From: Candidatus Heimdallarchaeota archaeon
GTDB taxonomy: Archaea; Asgardarchaeota; Heimdallarchaeia; JABLTI01
Assembly: GCA_018238155.1 (NCBI GenBank)
Contig: JABCTZ010000007.1
Span: 64,001-128,000, forward strand
DNA length: 64,000 nucleotides
Direction of reading: 5' to 3'
Shown here: positions 30,063 through 39,657 of the stretch, piece by piece
Position numbering within the stretch: the first letter of the stretch is position 1
Layout of the letters: each line of letters starts with the position of its first letter
Position numbers and translations under genes: made by a program
The notes under the pieces: model-generated
Database searches by the model: none
Seen by the model: the letters and a program-made list of their open reading frames with translations, nothing else
What the model was told of the DNA's origin: nothing

Positions 30063-30518
30063 GTGAGTACAATGTCTGAATTGTTGAACCCCGAACCCAA
30101 AGTAATTGCATTTCTCTGCAAATGGTGTAGTAGTAATGCAGCTGATCTAGCTGGTGTTTCTCGAATGAAATACCCCGCAAATATCATCGCTATTGAAACC
30201 CCTTGTTCAGGTCGAGTTGATCCTACCTATATCTTTGATGCATTATCAAATGGAGCAGATGGTGTAATTGTTGCAGGTTGCCACCCAGGTGAATGTCACT
30301 ATATCACTGGAAACTACAAAACGTTGAAGAGAATGGTTTTGGTCAAAGAACTTGCTGAACAAATGGGCATAGAAGATGAACGAATACATCTCGAGTGGAT
30401 TTCTTCTTCAGAAGCTAAGAAATTCGTCAAGACAATGACTGAGTTTATTGAAAAACTCAAACATCTCCCCCCAAATCCCTTAAGAAATAATAGGGTAGCT
30501 CAGGAGGCCAAACATTAA
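30063..30518 (+). CDS. mvhD: Methyl-viologen-reducing hydrogenase delta subunit
   Basis: FLCKWC...AADLAG, PCSGRVDP, GADGV.VAGCHPGECHY..GN. Confidence 0.95.
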   Translation: MSTMSELLNPEPKVIAFLCKWCSSNAADLAGVSRMKYPANIIAIETPCSGRVDPTYIFDALSNGADGVIVAGCHPGECHYITGNYKTLKRMVLVKELAEQMGIEDERIHLEWISSSEAKKFVKTMTEFIEKLKHLPPNPLRNNRVAQEAKH

Positions 30519-31541
30519 ATGAAGAAGATAAAATTAGCTGTTGCAGCAGGTTCATTTTGTGGTGGTTGTGATATGTCTATCATTAATCTTAATGAGATGC
30601 TAATTCCAATCGAAGAAGCTATTGAACTTGTATTTTGGCAAGTTGCTTCTGATTTTAAATTCAAAGATGTGGAAGCTCTCGAAGATAATGAAATTGACAT
30701 TTGTTTATATCATGGACCTATCAGAACATCAGAACACGCTGAAATTGCCCATTTGTTTAGAAAGAAGAGTAAAGTAATGATTGCTTATGGGTCTTGCTCT
30801 TGTTTTGGTGGAATACCACAACTTGCTAATCCATATAACGCACAAACCGTTTTAGAGGCAGTTTATACTAATGGATATAATATTGATGAATCTGGTCCGA
30901 ATCAAAATTTTATGCGACCTAAATCTGAATACAAAAAAGGGCGAGCAATGACTTTACCAAAACTATTGGATTCTTGTTTACCACTTACATCTGAAGTAGA
31001 TGTTAATTATTTTGTTCCTGGTTGCCCTCCCGTCCCAGCTCAATGGGAAATTCTTGTTTCCGTTATAACTAATTTTATCAAGACGGGAGAATTACCACCA
31101 AAGGGAACAGTAGTTGCAGGTGATACAGCCCTTTGCGAAGAGTGTGGTCGTGAAAAACCCGAAGAAATCGTCATAAATCGTTTTAGACGACCTTTTGAGG
31201 TTGATCCTGATCCTGAAAAATGTTTGTTATCACAAGGGATTATTTGTATGGGTCCTGCCACGCGTTCAGGCTGTGGTGGACAGTGTACTTTAGGAGCTAA
31301 TATGCCATGCAGAGGTTGCTTTGGCCCTGCTCCAGATGTGCAAGATCCTGGATTAAAAATGCTTTCTGCAATTGCTTCAATAGGTGGAGCAAAAATCGAA
31401 GCAGAACTTGGTCCCGAAGGTCTGAAGAAATTGATGGAATCAATACCTGATCCGTTTGGTACTTTTTATCGTTTTTCCACACCGGAGTACATAATTAAGA
31501 CGAAAAAGAAAGTTGCTGAAGAGGAGAGCTCTAAGAAGTAA
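30519..31541 (+). CDS. mvhG: [NiFe] group 3c hydrogenase small subunit
   Basis: CGGC, GSCSCFGGI, PGCPP, CLLSQG..CMGPATRSGC, PCRGCFGP. Confidence 0.93.
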   Translation: MKKIKLAVAAGSFCGGCDMSIINLNEMLIPIEEAIELVFWQVASDFKFKDVEALEDNEIDICLYHGPIRTSEHAEIAHLFRKKSKVMIAYGSCSCFGGIPQLANPYNAQTVLEAVYTNGYNIDESGPNQNFMRPKSEYKKGRAMTLPKLLDSCLPLTSEVDVNYFVPGCPPVPAQWEILVSVITNFIKTGELPPKGTVVAGDTALCEECGREKPEEIVINRFRRPFEVDPDPEKCLLSQGIICMGPATRSGCGGQCTLGANMPCRGCFGPAPDVQDPGLKMLSAIASIGGAKIEAELGPEGLKKLMESIPDPFGTFYRFSTPEYIIKTKKKVAEEESSKK

Positions 31542-31556
31542 ATAGAGGGAACTATC

Positions 31557-33014
31557 ATGACAAAAAAGACAATTTATATTAATCCCGTCTCTCGATTAGA
31601 AGGAGAAGCAAAAATATCAATATTTCTCGATGATAAGGGAAATGCTGTAGATGCTTATTTCCAAGTTCAAGAATTGAGGGGTTTTGAAAAGTTCTGTGAA
31701 GGAAGACCAGCAGAAGAAATGCCTCGAATTGTGAGTAGGATATGTGGTGTATGCCCTTGGCCTCATCATATAGCCAGTGCAAAAGCACTTGATAAAATCT
31801 TTCATGTTGAACCTAAGAAAACAGGTGAAGATTTACGAAGGATGGGTGCGACAGCTCATGTTTGGTATTCTCATTCAGCTCACTTCTTTGCTCTCGCCGG
31901 ACCCGATTTTGTTATGGGAATAGATGCTCCTCCTGTTGATAGGAATCTTCTTGGAATGCTTCGAGCTGATAAAGACTTAACAGTTGAGGTTCTAAAACAA
32001 AGAAATAATTCTCATAGAATTCAACAAATTCTTGGAGGAAAATCCGTTCATCCTGTAACTGCTATTCCTGGTGGAGTATCGAAAGGACTTAAACCAGAAG
32101 AACGAGATGAAATTCTGAAACGAGCTAAAGAAATGGTTAAATTCAGTCAGTGGAGTTTAGAGTGGTTCGAAGATTTGATTAAAGAGAAGAAACTTCTGAA
32201 GTTAATCACAGGTGATATCTATAAAAACGAATTTAATTACATGGCTTCTGTGGATGAGAATGGTCTCATTGATTATTACAGTAGCGAAGCAGTAATAATT
32301 AATCCTGAGGGTAAAGAAATTGATCGTTTCTCACCCGATAAATATTATGAACATATCACTGAACATTGCGAACCCTGGTGCACCGCAAAACAAACCTTCA
32401 TTCAAAAAATAGGTTGGAAAGGTTTTGAAACAGGTGCTGAAAGTGGTGTATACAGTGTTGGTCCACTTGCAAGATTGAACATTGGAAAATATTCTACTCC
32501 TCTTGCTCAAAAAGCACAAAAACGACTTTTTGAAGTAGTGCCAAAACCATGCCACTTACAATTAGTTTCTAATTGGGCTCGATTAGTTGAGATGCTTAAT
32601 GCTGCAGAAATCATAGTAGATTTAGCTAAAAAACCCTACATAACCAATAGCGAATACCGTGTTATTCCTAAAGAAATGGGCGGAAGAGGTATTGGTATGG
32701 TAGAAGCACCAAGAGGTACTCTTATTCACGACTATACCGCAGACGAAAATGGTATGATCACGAAAGTTAACCTAATTGTTGCAACGACACACAATATTGC
32801 TCCAATCAATATTAGTGTTAGAGAAGCAGCAAAACATGTTATCAAAAATGGCAACTACACAGATCAAGCTGTCTTGAATATGGTAGAAGTTGCATTTAGA
32901 TCATATGATCCTTGTTTAGCTTGTTCAACACATACTCCTACGGGAAGTATGCCTCTTGAAGTAAAGATATACGATAAGGATCGAAAGCTCAAGGATGTGC
33001 TAAAAAACCAATGA
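31557..33014 (+). CDS. mvhA: [NiFe] group 3c hydrogenase large subunit
   Basis: RLEGE, RGFEKF, RICGVC (L1), EAPRGTLIH, DPCLACSTH (L2) plus cleavable C-terminal tail. Confidence 0.96.
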   Translation: MTKKTIYINPVSRLEGEAKISIFLDDKGNAVDAYFQVQELRGFEKFCEGRPAEEMPRIVSRICGVCPWPHHIASAKALDKIFHVEPKKTGEDLRRMGATAHVWYSHSAHFFALAGPDFVMGIDAPPVDRNLLGMLRADKDLTVEVLKQRNNSHRIQQILGGKSVHPVTAIPGGVSKGLKPEERDEILKRAKEMVKFSQWSLEWFEDLIKEKKLLKLITGDIYKNEFNYMASVDENGLIDYYSSEAVIINPEGKEIDRFSPDKYYEHITEHCEPWCTAKQTFIQKIGWKGFETGAESGVYSVGPLARLNIGKYSTPLAQKAQKRLFEVVPKPCHLQLVSNWARLVEMLNAAEIIVDLAKKPYITNSEYRVIPKEMGGRGIGMVEAPRGTLIHDYTADENGMITKVNLIVATTHNIAPINISVREAAKHVIKNGNYTDQAVLNMVEVAFRSYDPCLACSTHTPTGSMPLEVKIYDKDRKLKDVLKNQ

Positions 33015-33526
33015 ATGAAATTTCTTCTCTGAACTATCAAAACAATGGAAAAGCTAAGACACTAATAATTGGTGTTGGCAATCCTATTCTATCTGATGAT
33101 GGTGTAGGGATACATATTGTTAGATTACTCGAGAAGAAATATTCCAACACTCCTGAATTCGAGTTTGATGAAGTATCTATTGGTGGCTTAAGTCTTGTAG
33201 AACGATTTATCGGCTATGATACAGTCATTATGATTGATGGCTTAGCATTACAAGGTGGAACTCCTGGTGATGTTTACAAGTTTTCAATTGATGATTTTAG
33301 AACAACTATACATACGTATTGTGCTCACGACTGCAATTTAGCTACTGCTTATGATCTTCTTAAAACCGAACTAGGAGAGGAAAAATTACCTAAAGAAGTT
33401 ACAATTATTGGTATTGAAGTTGAAAATATCAGTGATTTTAGTGAATCACTTTCTGATAAAGTTCTGAAAGCGGTTCCAGAAGCAATATCAATAATTGAAA
33501 AAGAACTTGAAAAAATCTTGAATTAG
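33011..33526 (+). CDS. Hydrogenase maturation protease
   Basis: IGVGNPILSDDGVG, IDG, AHD. Confidence 0.93.
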   Translation: MNEISSLNYQNNGKAKTLIIGVGNPILSDDGVGIHIVRLLEKKYSNTPEFEFDEVSIGGLSLVERFIGYDTVIMIDGLALQGGTPGDVYKFSIDDFRTTIHTYCAHDCNLATAYDLLKTELGEEKLPKEVTIIGIEVENISDFSESLSDKVLKAVPEAISIIEKELEKILN

Positions 33527-33574
33527 AAATATGTTATGATTTAATTAGTTGAGATATCAATGGAGTGAAATTAA

Positions 33575-33982
33575 TTGTCAATGGTAAAACTAACCAAAAC
33601 TGAGAAACGCATTGCATTTCGTCAGAAGGTCTTAGATCTCGCCGGTGATAATATTATGCGATGTTATCAATGTGGTGAATGTTCGGGTGGTTGTCCTGAA
33701 TCTGCTGTAATGGACCTTCTACCAAATCAAATAATTCATAAGATTCAACTTGGCGATGAATCCGTTTTGGACACTAACACCTTCTGGGTTTGCTCATCAT
33801 GCTTAGTATGTAGTGCAAGATGTCCAAAAGGAATTGATATTGCTAAAGTGATGGAATCTTTACGAGAAATATCACTGAGAGCAAAGAAGAGCTATGTTAC
33901 ACTTGAAGCTCTTACAAGAGAAGAGCTAGAAGAATTACCTCAAATAGCTCTAATTAGTAGCTTTAAGAAACAAACATCATAA
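33575..33982 (+). CDS. hdrC: Heterodisulfide reductase subunit C
   Basis: CYQCGECSGGCP and WVCSSCLVCSARCP. Confidence 0.92.
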   Translation: MSMVKLTKTEKRIAFRQKVLDLAGDNIMRCYQCGECSGGCPESAVMDLLPNQIIHKIQLGDESVLDTNTFWVCSSCLVCSARCPKGIDIAKVMESLREISLRAKKSYVTLEALTREELEELPQIALISSFKKQTS

Positions 33983-33999
33983 TCGGAGCGTAAACAAAG

Positions 34000-34920
34000 A
34001 TGACAGAAAAAATAGCCTACTACCCCGGTTGTACAGCAAAATCATACGCAAAATACATGGATTTAACTGCTCGAGAAGTTATGAAGAAATTCGATATTGA
34101 ATTAGTAGAATTGTCAAGATGGAATTGTTGTGGAACTTTCTTTGGTTTAGCTGAAGATAATCTCACAAGCCAATTAGCTCCTATGCGAAATATGATTCGT
34201 ACACGTGAAGATGGTTTTACAGATCTCACAACTACTTGTTCTATGTGCTATAATACTCTAAAACGAGCAAATCTTCTCATTCAGAATGACGAAGAAAAGG
34301 CTTCTCGTTTAAACGCTTTCATGTATGAAGAAGAAGACTATGAAGGTGGGGTGCGTGTATGGCATTTACTTGAACTTCTGCTAGAAAAAGTCGATTTTGC
34401 TGATATAGCAAAGAAAATTGTTAATCCACTTAAAGGATTGAAAATTGCGCCATATTATGGATGCACTTTGCTTCGACCTGAAGAAATAACAATTGACAAG
34501 AATCCTGAAAAACCAACCATTCTCTCTGATTTGATTTTTGCTCTTGGAGCAGAAGCAATTGAGGATCCTTATATGACTGAATGTTGTGGTTCTTATCTTA
34601 CAGTGAAAGATAAGCATTTAGTAGCTGACAGAACAAATAGAATAGTTGGTTCGGTTGCTCGAAGAGATGCAGATCTAATAGTGGTCTCTTGTCCATTATG
34701 TCAATTTAACTTGGATCGACGCCAAAAGGAAGCTCGAGAATTGAATTCAGCACTACCTGAAATTCCTGTAGTGTACTTTACTCAATTAATGGCTTTAGCT
34801 TTTGGTGCAGATGTAAAAGAATTGGGTTTTCATGAACACTATGTTGACCCTACTCCTGTTTTAAGGAAACGGAAGGTATTGGGAGCCAAAGTAAAAGTTC
34901 CCATAAAAGTAAAGAAATGA
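34000..34920 (+). CDS. hdrB: Heterodisulfide reductase subunit B (two CCG domains)
   Basis: YYPGC...WNCCG...CSMC and YYGC...ECCG...CPLCQ.NLD. Confidence 0.93.
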   Translation: MTEKIAYYPGCTAKSYAKYMDLTAREVMKKFDIELVELSRWNCCGTFFGLAEDNLTSQLAPMRNMIRTREDGFTDLTTTCSMCYNTLKRANLLIQNDEEKASRLNAFMYEEEDYEGGVRVWHLLELLLEKVDFADIAKKIVNPLKGLKIAPYYGCTLLRPEEITIDKNPEKPTILSDLIFALGAEAIEDPYMTECCGSYLTVKDKHLVADRTNRIVGSVARRDADLIVVSCPLCQFNLDRRQKEARELNSALPEIPVVYFTQLMALAFGADVKELGFHEHYVDPTPVLRKRKVLGAKVKVPIKVKK

Positions 34921-34921
34921 G

Positions 34922-35623
34922 GTGGAAAAAACGACCACTGAAGTGACTTATGAGAAAGTAAAAATAATTGTTGCTAATACTGAATTTGAAGTTCCATCTA
35001 ACCTAACGATAATGAAAGCCCTTGAATATCTCGGATGGAGATTGGATCGTGGTGTTGGTTGTCGTGGAGGTTTCTGTGGAGCCTGTAGTACAATATATCG
35101 TTTGAAAGGAGATCATAAACTCTATACAGGTTTATCCTGTGCAACGAAAGTTGAAGATGGTATGATCATCGCTCAAATACCAATTAGTCCCGCGAACAAG
35201 AAGCTCTATGACTTAGAGTCATTAAAAGCAGTTCCAAATACGATGCTTGAATTTTATCCCGAAATTGCTAGATGTATCTCTTGCAATACGTGCTCAAAAG
35301 CTTGCCCAATGGATATAGAAGTAATGGATTATGTGCAAGCAGCATTAAGAGGTGATATTGCTCTGGCAGCAACTTTGAGTTTTGACTGTATTATGTGCGG
35401 ACTTTGTGCTACTAGATGTCCTGCTGAAATCACTCAATTTAATGTTGGTGTTTTAGCAAGAAGACTATATGGTCGTTATATTCAACCAGAGTATAAACAA
35501 ATGGCCAAAAGAGTCAAAGAAGTTGAGAAAGGTAAATATGATGCTGAATTAGAAAAGCTCATGAAAACCGATAAAAAAGGTCTCGTGAAACTCTATGCAG
35601 AGCGTGTGCGAGAAAAAGCCTGA
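34922..35623 (+). CDS. SdhB/FrdB/TfrB-like iron-sulfur subunit ([2Fe-2S] plus 2x[4Fe-4S])
   Basis: GCRGGFCGAC...LSC; CISCNTCSKACP; CIMCGLCATRCP. Confidence 0.85.
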   Translation: MEKTTTEVTYEKVKIIVANTEFEVPSNLTIMKALEYLGWRLDRGVGCRGGFCGACSTIYRLKGDHKLYTGLSCATKVEDGMIIAQIPISPANKKLYDLESLKAVPNTMLEFYPEIARCISCNTCSKACPMDIEVMDYVQAALRGDIALAATLSFDCIMCGLCATRCPAEITQFNVGVLARRLYGRYIQPEYKQMAKRVKEVEKGKYDAELEKLMKTDKKGLVKLYAERVREKA

Positions 35624-35644
35624 GGAACTGAGGTGTAAAAGAAC

Positions 35645-37297
35645 ATGGTAAATGATCCTTATCCAGACTATATGCGAGAATCAATCAAAAACGTTGAAAA
35701 AACTCGTGAAAAACGATTGAAAGTAACTATGGACCATTGTTCACCAGATGAAATTGATGATGTGTTGAATAACTTCCATCCTGATTTCATTAAGGAACAG
35801 AAAGCAAGTCTACGTTTTGGTGTTTCAAAAGGTGAAGTAGTTCCTCTTGAAGTTTCAAAGTTAATTGAAACAAAATCAGTACTAGACCCCAAGAAAGTAG
35901 ATCTCAATAAAATTGATTTTAATGTTGATATGTTAATCATTGGTGGTGGTGGTGCTGGTGCAAATGCTGCACTCTGGGCAATAAAAAATGGTGTGAAAGC
36001 AGAAAACATTCTAATTGCTACAAAATTAAGAATGGGTGATTCAAACACTACCATGGCTCAAGGAGGAATACAAGCAGCAGTAAGAGAAGTTGATAGTCCC
36101 GCAATTCACTATTTAGATGCTATTGGTGGTGGGCATTATGAAAATGATCCCCCATTAACTAGAAGATTAGTACGTGATGCTCCACTATTACTTCAATGGT
36201 ATGAAAAACTTGGTATGATGTTTGATAAATTCGAAGATGGTACCATGGATGCCATACATGGTGGAGGAACTTCTAGAAAGAGAATGCATTTTGCCAAAGA
36301 CTTCACTGGTGCCGAAATCATGAAGACTTTGAGAGACGAAGTTTTTAATCATGAAATTCCAATCATTGAATTCTGTCCTGCAATAGAGCTCATTAAAGAT
36401 GATAAAGGTCAAGTCGCTGGTGCTGTTTTACTTAATCTTGACAGTAAGGAATATATCACCGTAAAAGCTAAAGCAACAGTTGTAACAACTGGAGGTTTTG
36501 GTCGATTACATATTCAAGGCTTCCCAACATCAAACCATTATGGCGCAACTTTTGACGGTTGTGTAATGGGCTATCGTGCTGGTGCTCCACTGAAAATGAT
36601 GAAATCAGTTCAATATCATCCAACAGGTGCTGCTTTTCCAGAACAGATTGTTGGTTTATTGGTAACTGAGAAAGTTCGAGGAAAAGGTGCCCAAGTGCTA
36701 AATAAAAATGGTGAACAATTCTGTTTCCCACTTGAGACACGAGATGTTGAAGCAAGTTTGATCATTAGAGAATGCAGTAAAAGAAATAATGGGCTAGTAA
36801 CTCCCTCAGGACAACCTGGTCTATGGTTAGATTCTCCATTAATTGATCAAATTCATGGAGAAGGCACTATCGCAAAGAATTTCGCCGCTATGGTTAGACA
36901 ATTCGAACGTTTTGGTGTAAACATGATTGAAGATCCTATCTTGATCTATCCTACACTTCATTATCAAAATGGTGGCTTAGCAATTGATGAGAACACTGCA
37001 ACAGCAGTGAAAAACCTCTATGCTGCTGGTGAAGTATGTGGTGGTACACATGGAAGTAATCGTTTAATGGGAAATAGTTTGCTAGAAATTAGTGTATTTG
37101 GAAGAGCTGCAGGTATCGCAGCCGCTAAGAATATACCAAAGGTTTCTCTTGGCAAATTAACTCTTGATCATATTACAAAATACAATGCTCTTTGTGATGA
37201 ACACAAAGTAAAGAATCCGCCCTCGCCAATTCTCTTCCCAGATTATTCTCAAGATAAACATAAAGATAGAGTAATTCCAACTAATTTCTTAGTATAA
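35645..37297 (+). CDS. Soluble fumarate reductase/SdhA (TfrA-like) flavoprotein
   Basis: GGGGAG, MAQGGI, QYHPT, TEKVRG, TRDV, LHYQNGG, AAGE, HGSNRLMGNSL; catalytic His/Arg set kept, covalent-FAD His absent. Confidence 0.9.
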   Translation: MVNDPYPDYMRESIKNVEKTREKRLKVTMDHCSPDEIDDVLNNFHPDFIKEQKASLRFGVSKGEVVPLEVSKLIETKSVLDPKKVDLNKIDFNVDMLIIGGGGAGANAALWAIKNGVKAENILIATKLRMGDSNTTMAQGGIQAAVREVDSPAIHYLDAIGGGHYENDPPLTRRLVRDAPLLLQWYEKLGMMFDKFEDGTMDAIHGGGTSRKRMHFAKDFTGAEIMKTLRDEVFNHEIPIIEFCPAIELIKDDKGQVAGAVLLNLDSKEYITVKAKATVVTTGGFGRLHIQGFPTSNHYGATFDGCVMGYRAGAPLKMMKSVQYHPTGAAFPEQIVGLLVTEKVRGKGAQVLNKNGEQFCFPLETRDVEASLIIRECSKRNNGLVTPSGQPGLWLDSPLIDQIHGEGTIAKNFAAMVRQFERFGVNMIEDPILIYPTLHYQNGGLAIDENTATAVKNLYAAGEVCGGTHGSNRLMGNSLLEISVFGRAAGIAAAKNIPKVSLGKLTLDHITKYNALCDEHKVKNPPSPILFPDYSQDKHKDRVIPTNFLV

Positions 37298-37458
37298 AAA
37301 TAGTATTAAGAGAATTTTTCTCTTCATACTTTTTCTTTCCTTTTTTTCCTTTCATTGATTAAAATTAATTAAATAATAAGCTTACACATAATAATTGAAA
37401 TTATCATGGTTTATAATATTGATTTCCTTATATTAAATAAGGAACTCGTTTTATTGAG

Positions 37459-37647
37459 GTGAATGAAATCAGAAAAAAGAAAAAAACTAGGAAAGTAACA
37501 ATATCAAGGCACAATCCAAGGGTGAATAGAGTTTCAATGGATATTCATATGAGACAAGGGGACAATCCAATTATTGGAACTATATCTGAACCAATTATTA
37601 TGGAAGTACCAATCAAAGAAAAGAAAAAGGATAAGAAAAAGAAATAA
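37459..37647 (+). CDS. Small basic hypothetical protein
   Basis: 62 aa, Lys-rich ends, GAGG overlapping the GTG start. Confidence 0.45.
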   Translation: MNEIRKKKKTRKVTISRHNPRVNRVSMDIHMRQGDNPIIGTISEPIIMEVPIKEKKKDKKKK

Positions 37648-37754
37648 CCAGAAAAGTTATTTTTTATTTCCTTTCTAATATAAAATCTTTTTATTTAGTA
37701 TTAGGTATCAGATATTTGCTTTTGTTTAGCACAGTTGTTTTTGGACGTCCCGAA

Positions 37755-38975
37755 ATGAGATTTGATACTATTATTATAGGTGCTGGAATTATTGGTACTA
37801 GCACTGCTTATTACTTACAGAAATATTCTCCAAAACAAAAAATACTTCTCATTGACAAGAACTCAAAAATTGCTGGTGGGAATACTTCAAGAAGTGCAGC
37901 ACTTTACCGGAACCTATTTTCATCTAGGACAAGCCAAGTACTTTCAGCCAGTTCAATAGGCTTTTATGAAACAATTGCCGATAAAATCGGTCTTAAAAAT
38001 CTTGGTTATCTTTGGATGTTCTCACAAGACGATTGGAAAAAATCTCAGAAAGGATTACAAAATCTAAATGATCAATCAGAAACCTTCGAAATACTTTCAC
38101 CGAAGGAATTTCCTAAGAATCTTCAACTGAATTTTAATTCCTCAGATGATTTCCCTGCTATTCATCAAGCACTTTATGGGCATCGATGTGGTTCTTTATC
38201 AGCAATAAATCTTGCCAAATATTATGCAAAGCAATTTGAAGATTTAGGTGGAAAAATAGCTTTGGAAAAAAACATCCAGAAATTATCTCTATCTGAAGAA
38301 GAGCGACACTTCCCTCCATGGTCTGGAATAAAACTCCTTTCAATAATGGATCAAAACAGGGATGAGTATCTAGCTGATGATTTCCTTTTCACTACTGGTG
38401 CATGGACGAATGACCTTTTAGCACCAATTGGTATTGCTTCCCAAATATATCCTAAGAAACGTCAACTTTATACTCTTAAATTAGATTCTACACAAATTGT
38501 TTCAAATCCAAAAGAAAGCACACCAATCCTTATACTTCCAACAGGAGGAGTGTATGTTAAACCTATTTTACAAAATGGAATCATTATGGTCGGTTGTGCA
38601 AATGAATTAGGAAATCCATATCAAATGAATATATATCCACCTGCCGCAGAACAAGAATACTTTGAATTCGCTATTAAACCTATTTTGCAATATTACTTTC
38701 CTAAATTAAAAGAATTCAAATTATTCTCAAAATGGGCTGGATATTACGCTTATTACTGGCCCGATAAAAATCCAGTTATTGAAAAAGTGTCCAATATTCA
38801 ATGGATTAGTGGCACATCTGGATCTGGAATAATGAAAGCGGATGCGATAGGAAGGATTTCTGCTGCAAAAGTATTAGGTCTTGAAAAAACGGAACTATTT
38901 GATGGGACAAAATTCAAAATAGACAATTTATCGCTAAAGAAAAGAGCAGTTGATGCGGAAGAACTAATAATTTAA
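37755..38975 (+). CDS. FAD-dependent oxidoreductase (DAO / sarcosine oxidase beta family)
   Basis: IIIGAGIIGTSTAY, GNTSRSAA, GAWT, WAGYY...PD.NPVI, GSGIMK. Confidence 0.9.
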   Translation: MRFDTIIIGAGIIGTSTAYYLQKYSPKQKILLIDKNSKIAGGNTSRSAALYRNLFSSRTSQVLSASSIGFYETIADKIGLKNLGYLWMFSQDDWKKSQKGLQNLNDQSETFEILSPKEFPKNLQLNFNSSDDFPAIHQALYGHRCGSLSAINLAKYYAKQFEDLGGKIALEKNIQKLSLSEEERHFPPWSGIKLLSIMDQNRDEYLADDFLFTTGAWTNDLLAPIGIASQIYPKKRQLYTLKLDSTQIVSNPKESTPILILPTGGVYVKPILQNGIIMVGCANELGNPYQMNIYPPAAEQEYFEFAIKPILQYYFPKLKEFKLFSKWAGYYAYYWPDKNPVIEKVSNIQWISGTSGSGIMKADAIGRISAAKVLGLEKTELFDGTKFKIDNLSLKKRAVDAEELII

Positions 38976-39079
38976 ACTTCAATCCTTTCTCGAAAGATTA
39001 TTTAAAATGGTTCTTCATATCATTTCTATATATAATTAATTATTAAAAATATTTTATAACAATCTGCGAGTGTGAAAAA

Positions 39080-39520
39080 ATGAATAAAGCAATTTATTAC
39101 AAATATTTGTTTATTATTGCAGGATTTTGGAATATTGGCACAGCTCTTATTTTTGGAATTTTTGCCCCTTTACTTTCTAGTTTCTTACCATTCTTTGGTT
39201 TATCAACATTTAATAATGAAATCTATTTTTGGATGTATGGTTTCTTAATTTTAGCCGCTATATCTGGTTTCAAATATTTTCTTGTTGGATTAGATATAAC
39301 AAAAAACCATCTGGTAGTGTCCTCAGGTTTAATTGCAAAATTTGGTATTTTTATACTTACATTGGTTTTCTTTATTTTAGGTACAATTACTTGGCCACTT
39401 TTTGTAATGGGCATAATCAATTTGATTTTTACCGGTCTTTTCATTGAATTTTATGTCAATTATAAAAAACTACTAGCTAGTGATATCGGTGGAGCATATA
39501 GCTACAGGAAAAATATTTAG
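39080..39520 (+). CDS. Small hypothetical membrane protein (about 4 TM)
   Basis: Hydrophobic 146-aa ORF with ATG start. Confidence 0.7.
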   Translation: MNKAIYYKYLFIIAGFWNIGTALIFGIFAPLLSSFLPFFGLSTFNNEIYFWMYGFLILAAISGFKYFLVGLDITKNHLVVSSGLIAKFGIFILTLVFFILGTITWPLFVMGIINLIFTGLFIEFYVNYKKLLASDIGGAYSYRKNI

Positions 39521-39657
39521 CTATTTTTCCTAATTTACTATTTTTCATAAATATTACAAATAACAACATTCTTTTACTTGATAGAACATTGTTCCCTCAT
39601 ACTGAGTAAAAAAAATTCTTTGAAAATCCTGTTGTATATCCAAATAAATAGCTGTAG

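Noticed and set aside
28057-35640. Selenocysteine recoding in hdrA, mvhD, mvhA or at TGA stops in the operon
   Set aside because: The ORFs are uninterrupted and carry Cys at the usual sites (e.g. DPCLAC). The TGA codons lie at natural protein ends.
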